A DNA stretch of 64,000 bases from NCBI GenBank assembly GCA_964036045.1, contig OZ038378.1:53816001-53880000 (forward strand). The letters run 5' to 3'. The notes below the pieces were generated by a model, which saw nothing but the letters and a program-made list of their open reading frames with translations, was not told the origin of the DNA and did not search any database. This DNA comes from Eutreptiella sp. 'Long Island Sound 2002' (taxonomy: Eukaryota; Protista; Euglenida). The position numbers and the translations under genes are program-made. Each line of letters begins with the position of its first letter. Within the stretch, counting starts at the first letter, position 1. This document shows, piece after piece, positions 25,298 through 36,200 of the stretch.

Positions 25298-25765
25298 GGA
25301 CTTGGAGGAGGGCTTCGATGAGGACTGGCCCGGAAGCCTCTTCCTCTTTTTTGGGCGGCGTGTGGAGGGGGCTGTGCGTTTTCGGTTGGAGTTCGTTTTG
25401 TTTTGGGGCTGGGGTTTGTTTTGGCCAGGTGGTAAGGCTTTAATTTGGTTTGTGGGGCAGGTTTTCGGATTAGGGTGTGGGCTGGGGGGCGTCGGGTGGG
25501 CACTCATGACGGTGGCTGCTAGTTGTTGGCTCTGAGCGGGGGCCGGCGACAAGTCGTCAATGCCGCCCCTGCCCTCCACTTGCGTCTCCAAGGCGCCACC
25601 GCAGCCGGCCAGATGGTCGGCCAGTACCATCGGCACCTCCAATGCTTTTATTGGTTCTAGGTGCACGTCGTGCAGCAGGGCGGTGTAATCCACGCGCCAG
25701 GGGTCGCATGCAAACCACCGCATGATGAGGCGCATCGCCCGCAGGTCACCAAGATTGATCTGCAT
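25298..25765 (-). pseudogene. 5' half of interrupted accessory ORF of outer element (ORF-B)
   Basis: MQINLGDLRAMRLI...SSSKPSSKS ends exactly at the inner TIR. INLGDLRAMRLI...DYTALLHD resembles ORF-C ISVGALPALNLL...HYLVLLQH. Confidence 0.65.
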
Positions 25766-26047
25766 CTCCTCGGCGTAGAGACAGGCAGCAGAACAATGTG
25801 CTCCGGTGACGTTCCGGCAACTTGTTCCGGCCGTTCTAGCGACGTTCTTGCAGCTTTCTGTGCTATAAACTGAACACCGCCGGAACACGTTGATGGAACG
25901 TCGCCGGAACAGGGCCGGGGGGAACACCACGCAATTTTGTGGCCCTAATGGCCCCTATGGCATCCGGCAAAGGGGCATACCCGCACTCAGTCGCGGTTCC
26001 CTTTTAGGGCCGCTCCGGCCTGCCGCAGCTGCGCGGACGACGTCCTC

Positions 26048-27446
26048 TCACTCTCCATGCACCGCGTTCAAGTGCTTGCGCTGTGTGTCTGTCTGGCACT
26101 TCACGCGGAGGGCACTAGGGCGCGATAGGGTGTGGCCGGGGACGTGGCCGTGGTACTTGTTCTTGTGCGTGACCCGATAGATCCCCTTCTTCAGTATCTT
26201 GACCCAGCTTGGCCGGAAGATCACAGTGTCCTTTCGCGGAGTTGGCTTCATATCGCCCGCACGATGGTCAGCCCCACGCTCAAAAATGAGCTGCCAGTGG
26301 CAGCTGCCTGCCACTTGCCTCGCGGCGGGAAGCAAATTTTCCACTTGGACGTGACTGGGCAGCCCGTCATTGGGGAGGGGTGCTGTGCGCCCGGACCCCG
26401 CCCTTGTCACCCATGTTGCCAAGAACAGCACCTGGTGCATCCCCATCCTCCTCCCGGCGCCACTGGTAGTGGCTCTAGGCCTTGGTGTGCAACTGCTTCC
26501 AAAGGGAGCGTTGCAACAACCACTGAAGATTGTAGATGGTGGGGTTGGGGGTGTTCAGCATGCAAGCATCGGGTGCAGGGGGGGGGGGGGGGGCATCTCC
26601 CTTGTCTCGGGGAAGTTGGCAGCTTTGGCTGCCACGCTTGAACACGACCTCTTGCGCATTGCCTAAGTGACATGCAAGAGGCTGGGCCCAGCCCCCCCCC
26701 CCCCCTTGTAGACTCCCAGCCCCCCTTCTTCCTCCTCGGCAACCACAGGGTTCCCCTCAGCGTGCCCCTCTACGCCCACCCCAAGCTGAACAATGCCGTC
26801 CGCCCCTTCCTCTACCTTCACGCCACCGTCACGTGTGCCCCCACTGGCCAGTTTCGCCTCCAACTACTTTAGTGCCCTTTATGCCTCCTTTAGGCAGCAC
26901 TTCCCCTCCAAAAGCTTCTTCGCCTGCAGCCATCCCCCCGGGAACATCTCCAAGCTCCCGACAACGACCCAGCTTGGCCTTCCATCTGGGAACCTTCCCT
27001 CGGAGGCTTTGCAGGTTCCCCCTTGCCTCCTCCACATCCCCCAACACCACACCCTCATCTGCCCCCCCCCCCCCGTCACTCCCCATTGTCGGGCACGGGC
27101 AACGGCGGATGATCCCCGTTCACTTTGTTCTTGTCGTTATTGTCGGTGTCGTTGTTGGTGTTGGTGTTGGGGTTGGTGTTGACGAGCTGGGGCGGTGTTG
27201 GGGTGGCCCATGGTGCCCGTTGCGCTGGGGCGGCCCAAGCGGGCCGAGTAGGTTGATTAGGGGGATTGTTGGGGGTGCATGAGGGTCTGTCGAAGCCAGC
27301 ACACAGCTTGTGGGTGGGCATGAGGCAGTGGTTGTAGGGGTAAGGTCCAGGGGTGGTGCTGCCGGAGTTTGGCGCAGTGCGTCCCCCTCCGACGTCTGGT
27401 CCTTTGAATAGATGAAGGAGGGCGTGTTGGGGGAGGGTAGTGTCAA
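26048..27446 (-). pseudogene. Frameshifted ORF-A of outer element, function unknown
   Basis: Patchwork of overlapping minus-strand ORFs broken at G/C runs. Its C-terminal part (HGHVPGHTLSRPSALRV) resembles translated 18232-19000. Confidence 0.45.
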
Positions 27447-27634
27447 CTACACCTAACTTTCTTGTTTTGGGGACGTTCCAGTAACTTGTTCCAGCGGTGT
27501 TGCAGTGCCCGCATGAACACCGGCGGAACGTTCCCGGAACAAGTTACTTCAACGTCGCCCGAATAATTAAAATGAACAGCACTTTTCGCGCGCCCATTGT
27601 GCACAGCGTGCACCATGACCCCTCAGCGGGGGAG

Positions 27635-27945
27635 ACCTAGTGGAGGGCACTGCCCCTTGGGGCTCATGGGACCGCACAGCGGCCCGTTCCGCCCCTGGGC
27701 GTTTGGCTACTCCCTCAGGGGACCACATAGCTGGGAGCACTGCCCCTAGGGTTTCGGCTACCCCCTCAGGCGACGACATAGCGGCCGGTGCTGCCCCTCG
27801 GGAAGGGTTAATGCCTCGGGGCAAGACATAGCGGCCGGTACTACCCGTCGGGTTTGGCTACCTCCTTAGGGGGCAACATACGTAGGGCACTGCCCCTAGT
27901 GGCTTGGCTAACCTTTCAAGGGACAACATAGCTTGTGGCACTGCC
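27635..27945 (+). repeat. Degenerate ~50-bp minisatellite
   Basis: gcactgcccct...ggcta...acatagc recurs about six times. Confidence 0.7.
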
Positions 27946-29275
27946 CCAATTCCACACCCCGCGCAATCGCCTAGGCCTTACCCTTCCGCCCCTAGCAAAG
28001 GCCACTCGCGGCCATGGCATGCCATTCGCTTAGCCCCCAGACCACGCCCCTTCGCCCCTAGCAAAGGCCATTCGCGGCCCTGGCATGCCATGGTGCACAT
28101 GTGACACACTACACATGATGCTTGATGCACATATTCACCCACATGCATGCACACACAACCACCTGCATGTTTCGTGTTGCCCTCAACAGAGCGGTCAACA
28201 TGCCCAGCAAACCGGTGTTGACGGGCATGGCCATGTTGTGGAACAGAGGACAAAAGTGAGCTAAGGAAGGGCGGTGCAGAATGGGTTGCGGACTCTAGGG
28301 AAGCCCTGGGAACACAAGGAACATGGCGAACAACATCGTGTTGGTGCAGCTGGATGTGATATATATGTACATATGTCTGTTTTCGTGGGGGGGGGGGGAT
28401 TGGGGGGTTTTTGGGGACCTAACAAGTTTTTTGGCGAAATAGGCTCAGTGCGCAAAAATATCGTTCCATAGGGGGGGGGGTATGTGTATATTTTCGGAAA
28501 AGTGCTTGAAAAGGGCTTTCCAATGAACTAGGTCCCGGGCTCCAAGGTGCTAAGATGATGGAGATATTGTCTGTACACTTTTTTCGATTTGGTTTCCCGC
28601 TGCCGCCAGATTTTTTGTAACATGTGTGTGGACACACAAATGCGAGGGAAAATGGACCGCTGCTTGAGTTGAGCACCTTGTTGGACTATTCTTCTTGCAT
28701 TTTTGAACTCGTCACATCAAAATGCACCATTATACCTTGTATGGTTTTTGGTTGTAGTGACGATATGTTGGAACTATGGCCGATTCTCTCCCAAACCCTG
28801 GTGACCTCTGTATTCTGCAAAGACATGCCAAAATCCTAGAAACATCAAACTTGCGCCCTGATTTCCGAATAAATATGGTCTCCTACCACCCCCTAACCCA
28901 TACATATCCGAAAAGCCCTCCTCTCGGAGATTCCGAAAACTTCACCATAGCCCTACCTACGGAACAACCTTTTTCCGGAATTCAGCCTCCACCGACATAC
29001 ATGTGCAATCTGTGCAACCAGCTCTGCAACATAACATACTATTTTTGACCAAGGTGTGTACAATCATGGGCAATTTTCTCCAAAATATGGTGTCCTGACC
29101 CCCCCCCCCCCCGAACCCATACATCTCCGAAAAGCCCTTTTAAGGGCTTTCCGAAAAGGTACAACATAACCCTCCCTTCCGGACAGTATATTCCAACAAA
29201 TTCGCTAAAACGGGCAAACCCTCCGTTAGTTCCCCAGTCCCCCCCCCCCCCCGGGAAACAGACAGATATATAAAC

Positions 29276-31067
29276 CTATGGGAGCACCGGCCCCAGGGCG
29301 TCAGCGTCTGGCTCAACAGAGGCCTCCATGCGTCCACATGTACTTTGCCCGGTTGCCTTTTGCTTGCTACCACCCTGGGCATTGTGCTCGTTACAGGCTT
29401 GCTTTACGAAGCTGTTCAGACGTTTAATGATGTTGTTGGAGAACATTGCCCTGCCGAAAGGCCATATGTCCTCCAATAGGCGGTCTGCATCCGCCTCCAA
29501 AAATATGAGGTACCGTGACGCATACCTGGGCGCACAATGCTCGCGGAATCGCACCTGCTATAACCGGGCACTGGGGGCGGGCACCCACTCATAAAGTGTG
29601 GTACACGTCCCACAGCACCTGTGCCACATACACGACCGCCTTGTAGAGCGGCTCATACGGTGCCACACCCAACAACAAGGCTAGGTTGAGCCATACAGCA
29701 AAGAGACGAGAGGTCTCCTCACCGTTCGGGGGGGTCCTTCCCCAAATGGCACCTAGTGCGTTGATCATGCAGCGTGGCCTGCATGGTCACGCGCGTTACC
29801 CGATTACAGGGCGCAATCTGCTCATTGGCAAACCGTTCCATGTTGCCATTTGTAGCCGCCCGAGTGCCATGCAAAAGCGCAAAATGCACATGACCACCCA
29901 ATAGCGCGCAGTGACCACCACGGGGTCCACGGAGCAGCTGACGCTTTAAGGGACGGTGTCCCTAACTAGAAACATGTCCGCTGCTCATGATCCGAGTCGT
30001 TCGTTCGCACCACATCTTTGCCCATCCAAATGCGGGCATGAGAGTCCCACATGGTCTCATGGTATACAGACCCAATTTTTGGCCCGGTGAATTCCCAATG
30101 ATTAGACGCACCCAAGGGGAGTAGTCCCCCAACCAAAGATGGGTCGGGTGATCATGGGTGTCATAGATGACCTGTTTGGTGTCCACAAGGAGCTGGATTG
30201 CTTGAAAAAACAAAGGCAAATTGTTGGAACCAAATTTTTCCAACGGGCGTTAAAAACAAATGGTAGGAACACCGGCCGAACGTCGCGGGACAAGTTACCG
30301 GAAGGTCGCCAGAGCAATTGTTGGTGCACAAAACACACCTCGATGTTGGCTTTCCAAAGGGTTGCCAAGGTGGCCATTTGCCTCTCCCCACAGATGGCGA
30401 GCCTGATGACCCATACGCATGCCGCGATGTGTCCCCATAGGCCCATGTTGTTCATTCAGACTCTCAATTGGGACCACTCCCCATCTACGCATGGAGAGCC
30501 ATCGCCCCTTACAAAGAATTTCAAGGGGAAAGACCAATCAATCATGCGGCACAACGGGGGCTTGCTCGCAATGTAGCGAAGCCACAATGCCCTCGGCCAA
30601 CTGACACCTGTGGCCTTCGCAGCGGATGTGCTCACCAAGGGTTCCAACTCAAGCGGCAGGGCGAACAGCTCGGGGGAGCGCTGCTAGAAAGCCCTCTTGG
30701 GGCAGATTGGGCGAGCAAACGGCAACCCAATAGTTGCCGTGTACTCCAACCCCCGGAGGGTGTAGACCTCGGAAAGGGTACGCCATGCTGATTAGGGCGC
30801 ACGTAGTTTTAAGATGCGTTCGCCACACTCAAATGGGGGAAGGACCTCGGAGGCGTACTTAGTGATTGCCTCTTGCTCCACCTCCCGTACACAAATAGGT
30901 TGGGCCAAACACAGGGCCACAGCAAATTGGCTTCGCGCGTGTGGGCAGGAGATGGCCCATTCTGCCAAAAGCTCCCCTACAAGATACTTGTCTTGAAGGC
31001 ATAGGGCACCCGCCAAAGGCACAACATGGGTGGTTACTTCCTTAACCCGCGTCTTTTTCGAAGGCAT
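29276..31067 (-). pseudogene. Decayed paralogous CMC-type transposase
   Basis: Colinear with the 22937-24996 protein: IDWSFPLKFFVRGDGSPCVDGEWSQL vs IDWTRPLTFIVRGDAYPCAGGTWTQL; MATLATLWKANIE vs MASLATIWADNLK; CILRFCMALGRLQMA vs CILHCCMAIGRLQVA; RYLIFLEAD vs NYLLYLEKD. Same intron position (donor 30338). Multiple stops and frameshifts; third catalytic position reads K. Confidence 0.8.
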
Positions 31068-33224
31068 GGTAATGGTAGAAAAATGAGCATGGATGACCAA
31101 AATTAAAAATGCACACCGGAGTGGAAGGCATCTACGGACGTATGTAGCACCTGTACCAAGGAACAACACTAAAAACGACCACTAGACACGTCAACAAGGC
31201 ACAAACATAACGGGTTAGGTCATGCCCCACCGTTGCAACGACATAGAATCATCGCTCTGAATACGAAATAGTAGTTCCGTTGAAGACCGACAACCAAAAT
31301 TTCGAAATGTATACGACTAGGGGAGAGTGGGAATAATGCCACAAAATATACTAGCAGGTCCCTTTTGACAAACGTAGGTCCTAGACACACTAGACAAGCA
31401 AGAAGAGGACCAATACCAGAATTGGCAAACTTCGCAACAAACTGCATTGGACCTAGTTGTCGGGTCCCTGCAATTCGTTCCGGTGGTGTTCTGGTAGGAA
31501 ATGTTCCGGGCCGAAACTGTTCCCACTTGGAACCGTTTCATCGGAACAACCTTTATGTTCAAACATGTGCGACAATTGCAGCGGAGTACGACGATGATGT
31601 GGCACTGGATGCTTTCGTTGTCACGGAATCTAGTTCACACTTGTTCGTGGCAGACTTGATGGTGGACGTGGATGCTCAAGACCACGGACCACCACGTGTT
31701 GTTGTACTTCAAGAGATGGAGGAGTTTGAGCTTGTGAGTGTTGGTGCTGATCCCATGGGCTCTTGATGTCCGACCAACACGAACATTATACCTTCAAGGT
31801 GTGTTTCTCGAACCAAACGCATTGCTACAATTCGGTTGTACAATGCCGGGGTTCCACCACACACTGATTCGGAGCAGCACGGCACGGGTGTGTTCAATGG
31901 CAGTGATGGGATGTGCGCCTATGTGTGGCACCACAAAGAGCAAGACCCTCCCCCCCCATACAATACCGCGCTTTCGCTCAAGATCACCACTCCTTAGTCT
32001 AGAACAAGACATGGTGTGGTTTACTTTTGCTCTCCAACGAATAATCCGATTGTGTGTGTCTGTCCTCGGACATCATCTGTTTTTCAACACTTGTCAATTG
32101 CCAACAATGACACACAAATGTCCGGAACCGGGCACGTAGTCGTGTCATACCCATTTATAATGTAACCGTGTCTGGAACCACACACCATATAATTTTTGCA
32201 CCCTATCATTTGCATTGCCGTGTTGTGTATGTCTAAAAGGAGACCAATTTCTAGGAGTCATGAAAACAATCCAAGTGTTCGACTCCACGGAAGGATAGCA
32301 CAATAATTGTGCCAAAACCAGTGTCCCGGCAATAGGTCGTGATGGTTTTTAGTGCATATCACTATATGATTTCACACATTGCAGTATGTGATCCCTCAAT
32401 GATACTATGAAACATTGATAGTCAAGCCGACCCCCAAAAAAATTAATTGCAAGAATGCATGTGTCACAGAACAGTAGGTGCACATCGCGAAGCGTGGAAT
32501 GTGAACAACCCGCTTTTTAGGAGCTATTGGGTTTATGATTTTGCCTCTTGCGCCCCACATGTCTGACTCTTTACAAGGGAGCACTCGACCGTTCCAGAAC
32601 TTGTTCATGAATCTTGCATCCTAGTTTTGTGTTGTGGATGACGGCCATGGATGACGGCCAAGTCAAGCAGGAGCGGAAGAGCAACGAGCTAGCATGGGGG
32701 AAGGATGGTCGGCTCCAAAATGGGGACTAAACTGAACACCAGGAGGTGGTGGTGCCACTCAGCAGACTCCAATGGGTCAATAAAAGGGAACACGGCCAAA
32801 TGAGGGTCATTAATTAATAATAATAATTAATGCGGACAAAGACAAAGACAAAATGGCTGAACTACGGAACAATCCTCCACGAATAGCAAAAATCAGAATC
32901 ATGGTCTGGCAGGACGCAGTGGGAGTACTAGATATTTTCGGTGCAGCCTATCACCAATGCATGTCGCTGAACCTCAAAGGAGTATATGAATGCCCATTTG
33001 GAGCCGCCGGTGTGGGCCTTGCATTTCCTTGCCCAAGTGGCCCGCATAGACATCACGGTACACGTGCAAGACTGTGTTGCTGGCATGTGGCATGTATGTA
33101 TCCAGTAGTGATGCCCGCGGATGCCTACGATGCCACAATGTTTCTTGTTGGAATGCCATCCTTTCTCACCGCTCGCTCGTTGCTCATCATAGTCCATGCA
33201 GACCTTGGGGCTGGGGGCTGGGGT

Positions 33225-36200
33225 GGTGCAGCTACTCTGATTTTCCGTTAAGTCAGGGGGAGTGCAGCCCGCAACAACCTTGCTGAAGCTTAGATTCTGC
33301 ATGGAACTTGCATGTGTCGCAGGGGACCGAGATGCGCTGCTGGAAGAGTCGATGCGAGAACATCTTGAGGTGCTGTACAAGGTGTGAATAGGATTGTCAG
33401 GTTCCACACGCAAGTGGCCTTCGGTGCAGTGTTACATGGTTGTCTAATTTTGAGGTGACACAGGTGGTACATGCGTGTTACGGCCGGTCTTGCACAGGAC
33501 AAAACACGTCACTGGACGTCAATCTATGAGATGTTGTTTAAATTCAATTCTAACAAGAGTGAAATATGGCATTTTGTCTAGAATAGACAAATCAAACCAA
33601 AACCTATCTCAAACGTGCATGAAATGACCACTTTCTCTAGTTGCAGGCACGAGACGAGAAAATAGTGTAGAAATTGATAGACTGCGCATTGAGACGTACC
33701 ATACCCAAAAAACAAGTCACCATACAATAACACTTCAGCGTCAAGGGTGGCCCGGAGAACACAACAATGCGCAAAAGGGGCGCATAGGCCAAAGGGCCGG
33801 AGGAGCACCCTCACAAGGTACCACCAATTTTATAGCCTTTTAATACGCTGGCCATTGCGCAGGTAAAACAGAAATGTGTTCAACCAACAACAAACAGGGC
33901 CCCCTCAGAACCAACTCTTTTCTGTGCCATGAAAGCGGTTCTTCCATGCCCGGAAACTAATCATGGGCTTTTGGGCAGCAGGTGTCTCAGAAGGGGATAT
34001 TGCTACCTCAAGATGTGCAATAGCTCATGGCTTAGCCTTTTTGTTGCCTTTACCTTTGGATTGCGACTCGGACACCTTGCTTGTGTCGCCTTTGGGTGTA
34101 CGGCCACCATTTTTGCGAGGTGGTGCTACGTGCTTTGGGGTAACATACACAGTGTCCTCAGGGGCACCCCCCCACTTTTTCGACCTCCTCGTCGGCCCCG
34201 GTTCCGCCTCTGCCTTCTCCGGCACACATTTGCTGTCCTTATGGTAAACATGCTCAAAATTCTGAGAGACTCTAGACCAAGGAATGGGATTCAAACCATT
34301 GGCGATCCACAAATGGGTGCGAACCAGGGAATTGTTGGCTACCACGGACTCACGCTGTGTTGGCCAACACAGGACGACACTGATGGGCAAAGGCATTGGC
34401 ACTTCAAGTTTGCAGGCCGGTTGCACGGAACCGCTAATGACCAAGAACCACAAGGTGCTCGCTCCCGAGGATATTGCATTTGCAAGGTGGTGCATGATGA
34501 AACGTCCGCACAAAGCTACTGGACCATTGGGCCATGACAAAGAACAAAGTACCGCGGCACCTGCACAGACGAACATTGGTTTTAAGACCACTATTGATGC
34601 AACAAGTGTGACTCAGGTGTGTGGTTCCAAACACTTCCGCAGATTCCATAGGCATGGCACCGGGTTTTCGGTCGTGGCCGTGTGGTTCTAGACAAACACG
34701 ATGAATTGGCACTAAGCACATCGAAACCTTCTCAACACGTGGCTGCCAACACCACGTGGAGGCTCGGGTGGTGCAGCTACTCTGATTTTCCGTTAAGTCA
34801 GGGGCCATGCAGCCCGCAACAACCTTGCTGAAGCTTAGTCTCTGCATGGAACTTGTATGTGTCGCAGGGGACCGAGATGCGCTGCTGGAAAAGTCGATGC
34901 GAGAACATCTTGAGGTGCTGTACAAGGTGTGAGTAGGGTTGTCTGGTTCCAGACACAAGTGGCCTTCGGTGCAGTGTTACATGGTTGTCTAATTTTGAGG
35001 TGACACACAACAGAAAAAATACATGCGTGTTACGGCCGGTGTTGCACAGGACAAAACACGTCACTGGACGTCGAACTATGAGACGTTATTTAAATTCAAT
35101 TCTAACAAGAGTGAAATATCGCATTTTGTCTAGAATAGACAAATCAAACCAAAACCTATCTCACACGTGCATGAAATGACCACTTTCTTTAGTTCCAGGC
35201 ACGAGACAAGAAAATAGTGCAGAAATTGATAGACTGCGCATTGAGACGTACCATACCCAAAGAAAAAGTCACCATACAATAACACTTCAGCGTCAAGCCT
35301 GGCCCAAAGAAAACAACAATGCGGAAAAGGGGCACATAGGCCACAGGGCCGGAGGAGCACCCTCACAAGGTACCACAAAATTTTATAGGTTTATACTACG
35401 CCGGCCATTGCGCAGGTAAACCAGAACTGTGTTCAACCAACAACAAACAGGGCCCCCTCAGAACCAACTCTTTTCCGTGCCATGAAAGCGGTTCTTCCAT
35501 GCCCGGAAACTAATCATCGCCTTCTGGGCAGCAGGTGTCTCAAAAGGGGATATTGCTACCTCAAGATGTGCAATAGCTCATGGCTTAGCCTTTTTGTTGC
35601 CTTTACCTTTGGATTGCGACTCGGACACCTTGCTTGTGTCGCCTTTGGGTGTACGGCCACCATTTTTGCGAGGTGGTGCTACGTGCTTTGGGGTAACATA
35701 CACAGTGTCCTCAGGGGCACCCCCCACTTTTTCGACCTCCTCGTCGGCCCCGGTTCCGCCTCTGCCTTCTCCGGCACACGTTTGCTGTCCTTATGGTAAA
35801 CATGCTCAAAATTCTGAGAGACTCTAGACCAAGAAATGGGATTCAAACCATTGGCGATCCACAAATGGCTGCAAACCAGGGAATTGTTGTCTACCACGGA
35901 CTCACGTTGTGTTGGCCAACACAGGACGACACTGATGGGCAAAGGCATTGGCACTTCAAGTTTGCAGGCCGGTTGCACGGAACCGCTAATGACCAAGAAC
36001 CACAAGGTGCTCGCTCCCGAGGATATTGCATTTGCAAGGTGGTGCATGATGAAACCTCGTACAAAGCTGCTGGACCATTGGGCCATGACAAAGAATAAAG
36101 TACCGCAGCACCTGCACAGACGAACATTGGTTTTAAGACCACTATTGATGCAACAAGTGCGACTCAAGTGTGTGGTTCCAAACGCTTCCGCAGATACCAT

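Larger units (their letters stand above)
19150..27601 (-). mobile_element. Older outer element interrupted by the inner transposon; no transposase of its own seen
   Basis: Subterminal inverted match 19213-19237 vs 27477-27501 (22/25), second inverted match gcgaaaa(a/g)t(a/g)ctg 19165-19177 vs 27578-27590, right end reads CACAATGGG on the minus strand. Left terminus and TSD not resolved. Confidence 0.55.

Noticed and set aside
25296-25535. + strand exon starting after gcactag
   Set aside because: The apparent acceptor is part of the TIR, and the translation is the antisense of ORF-B.
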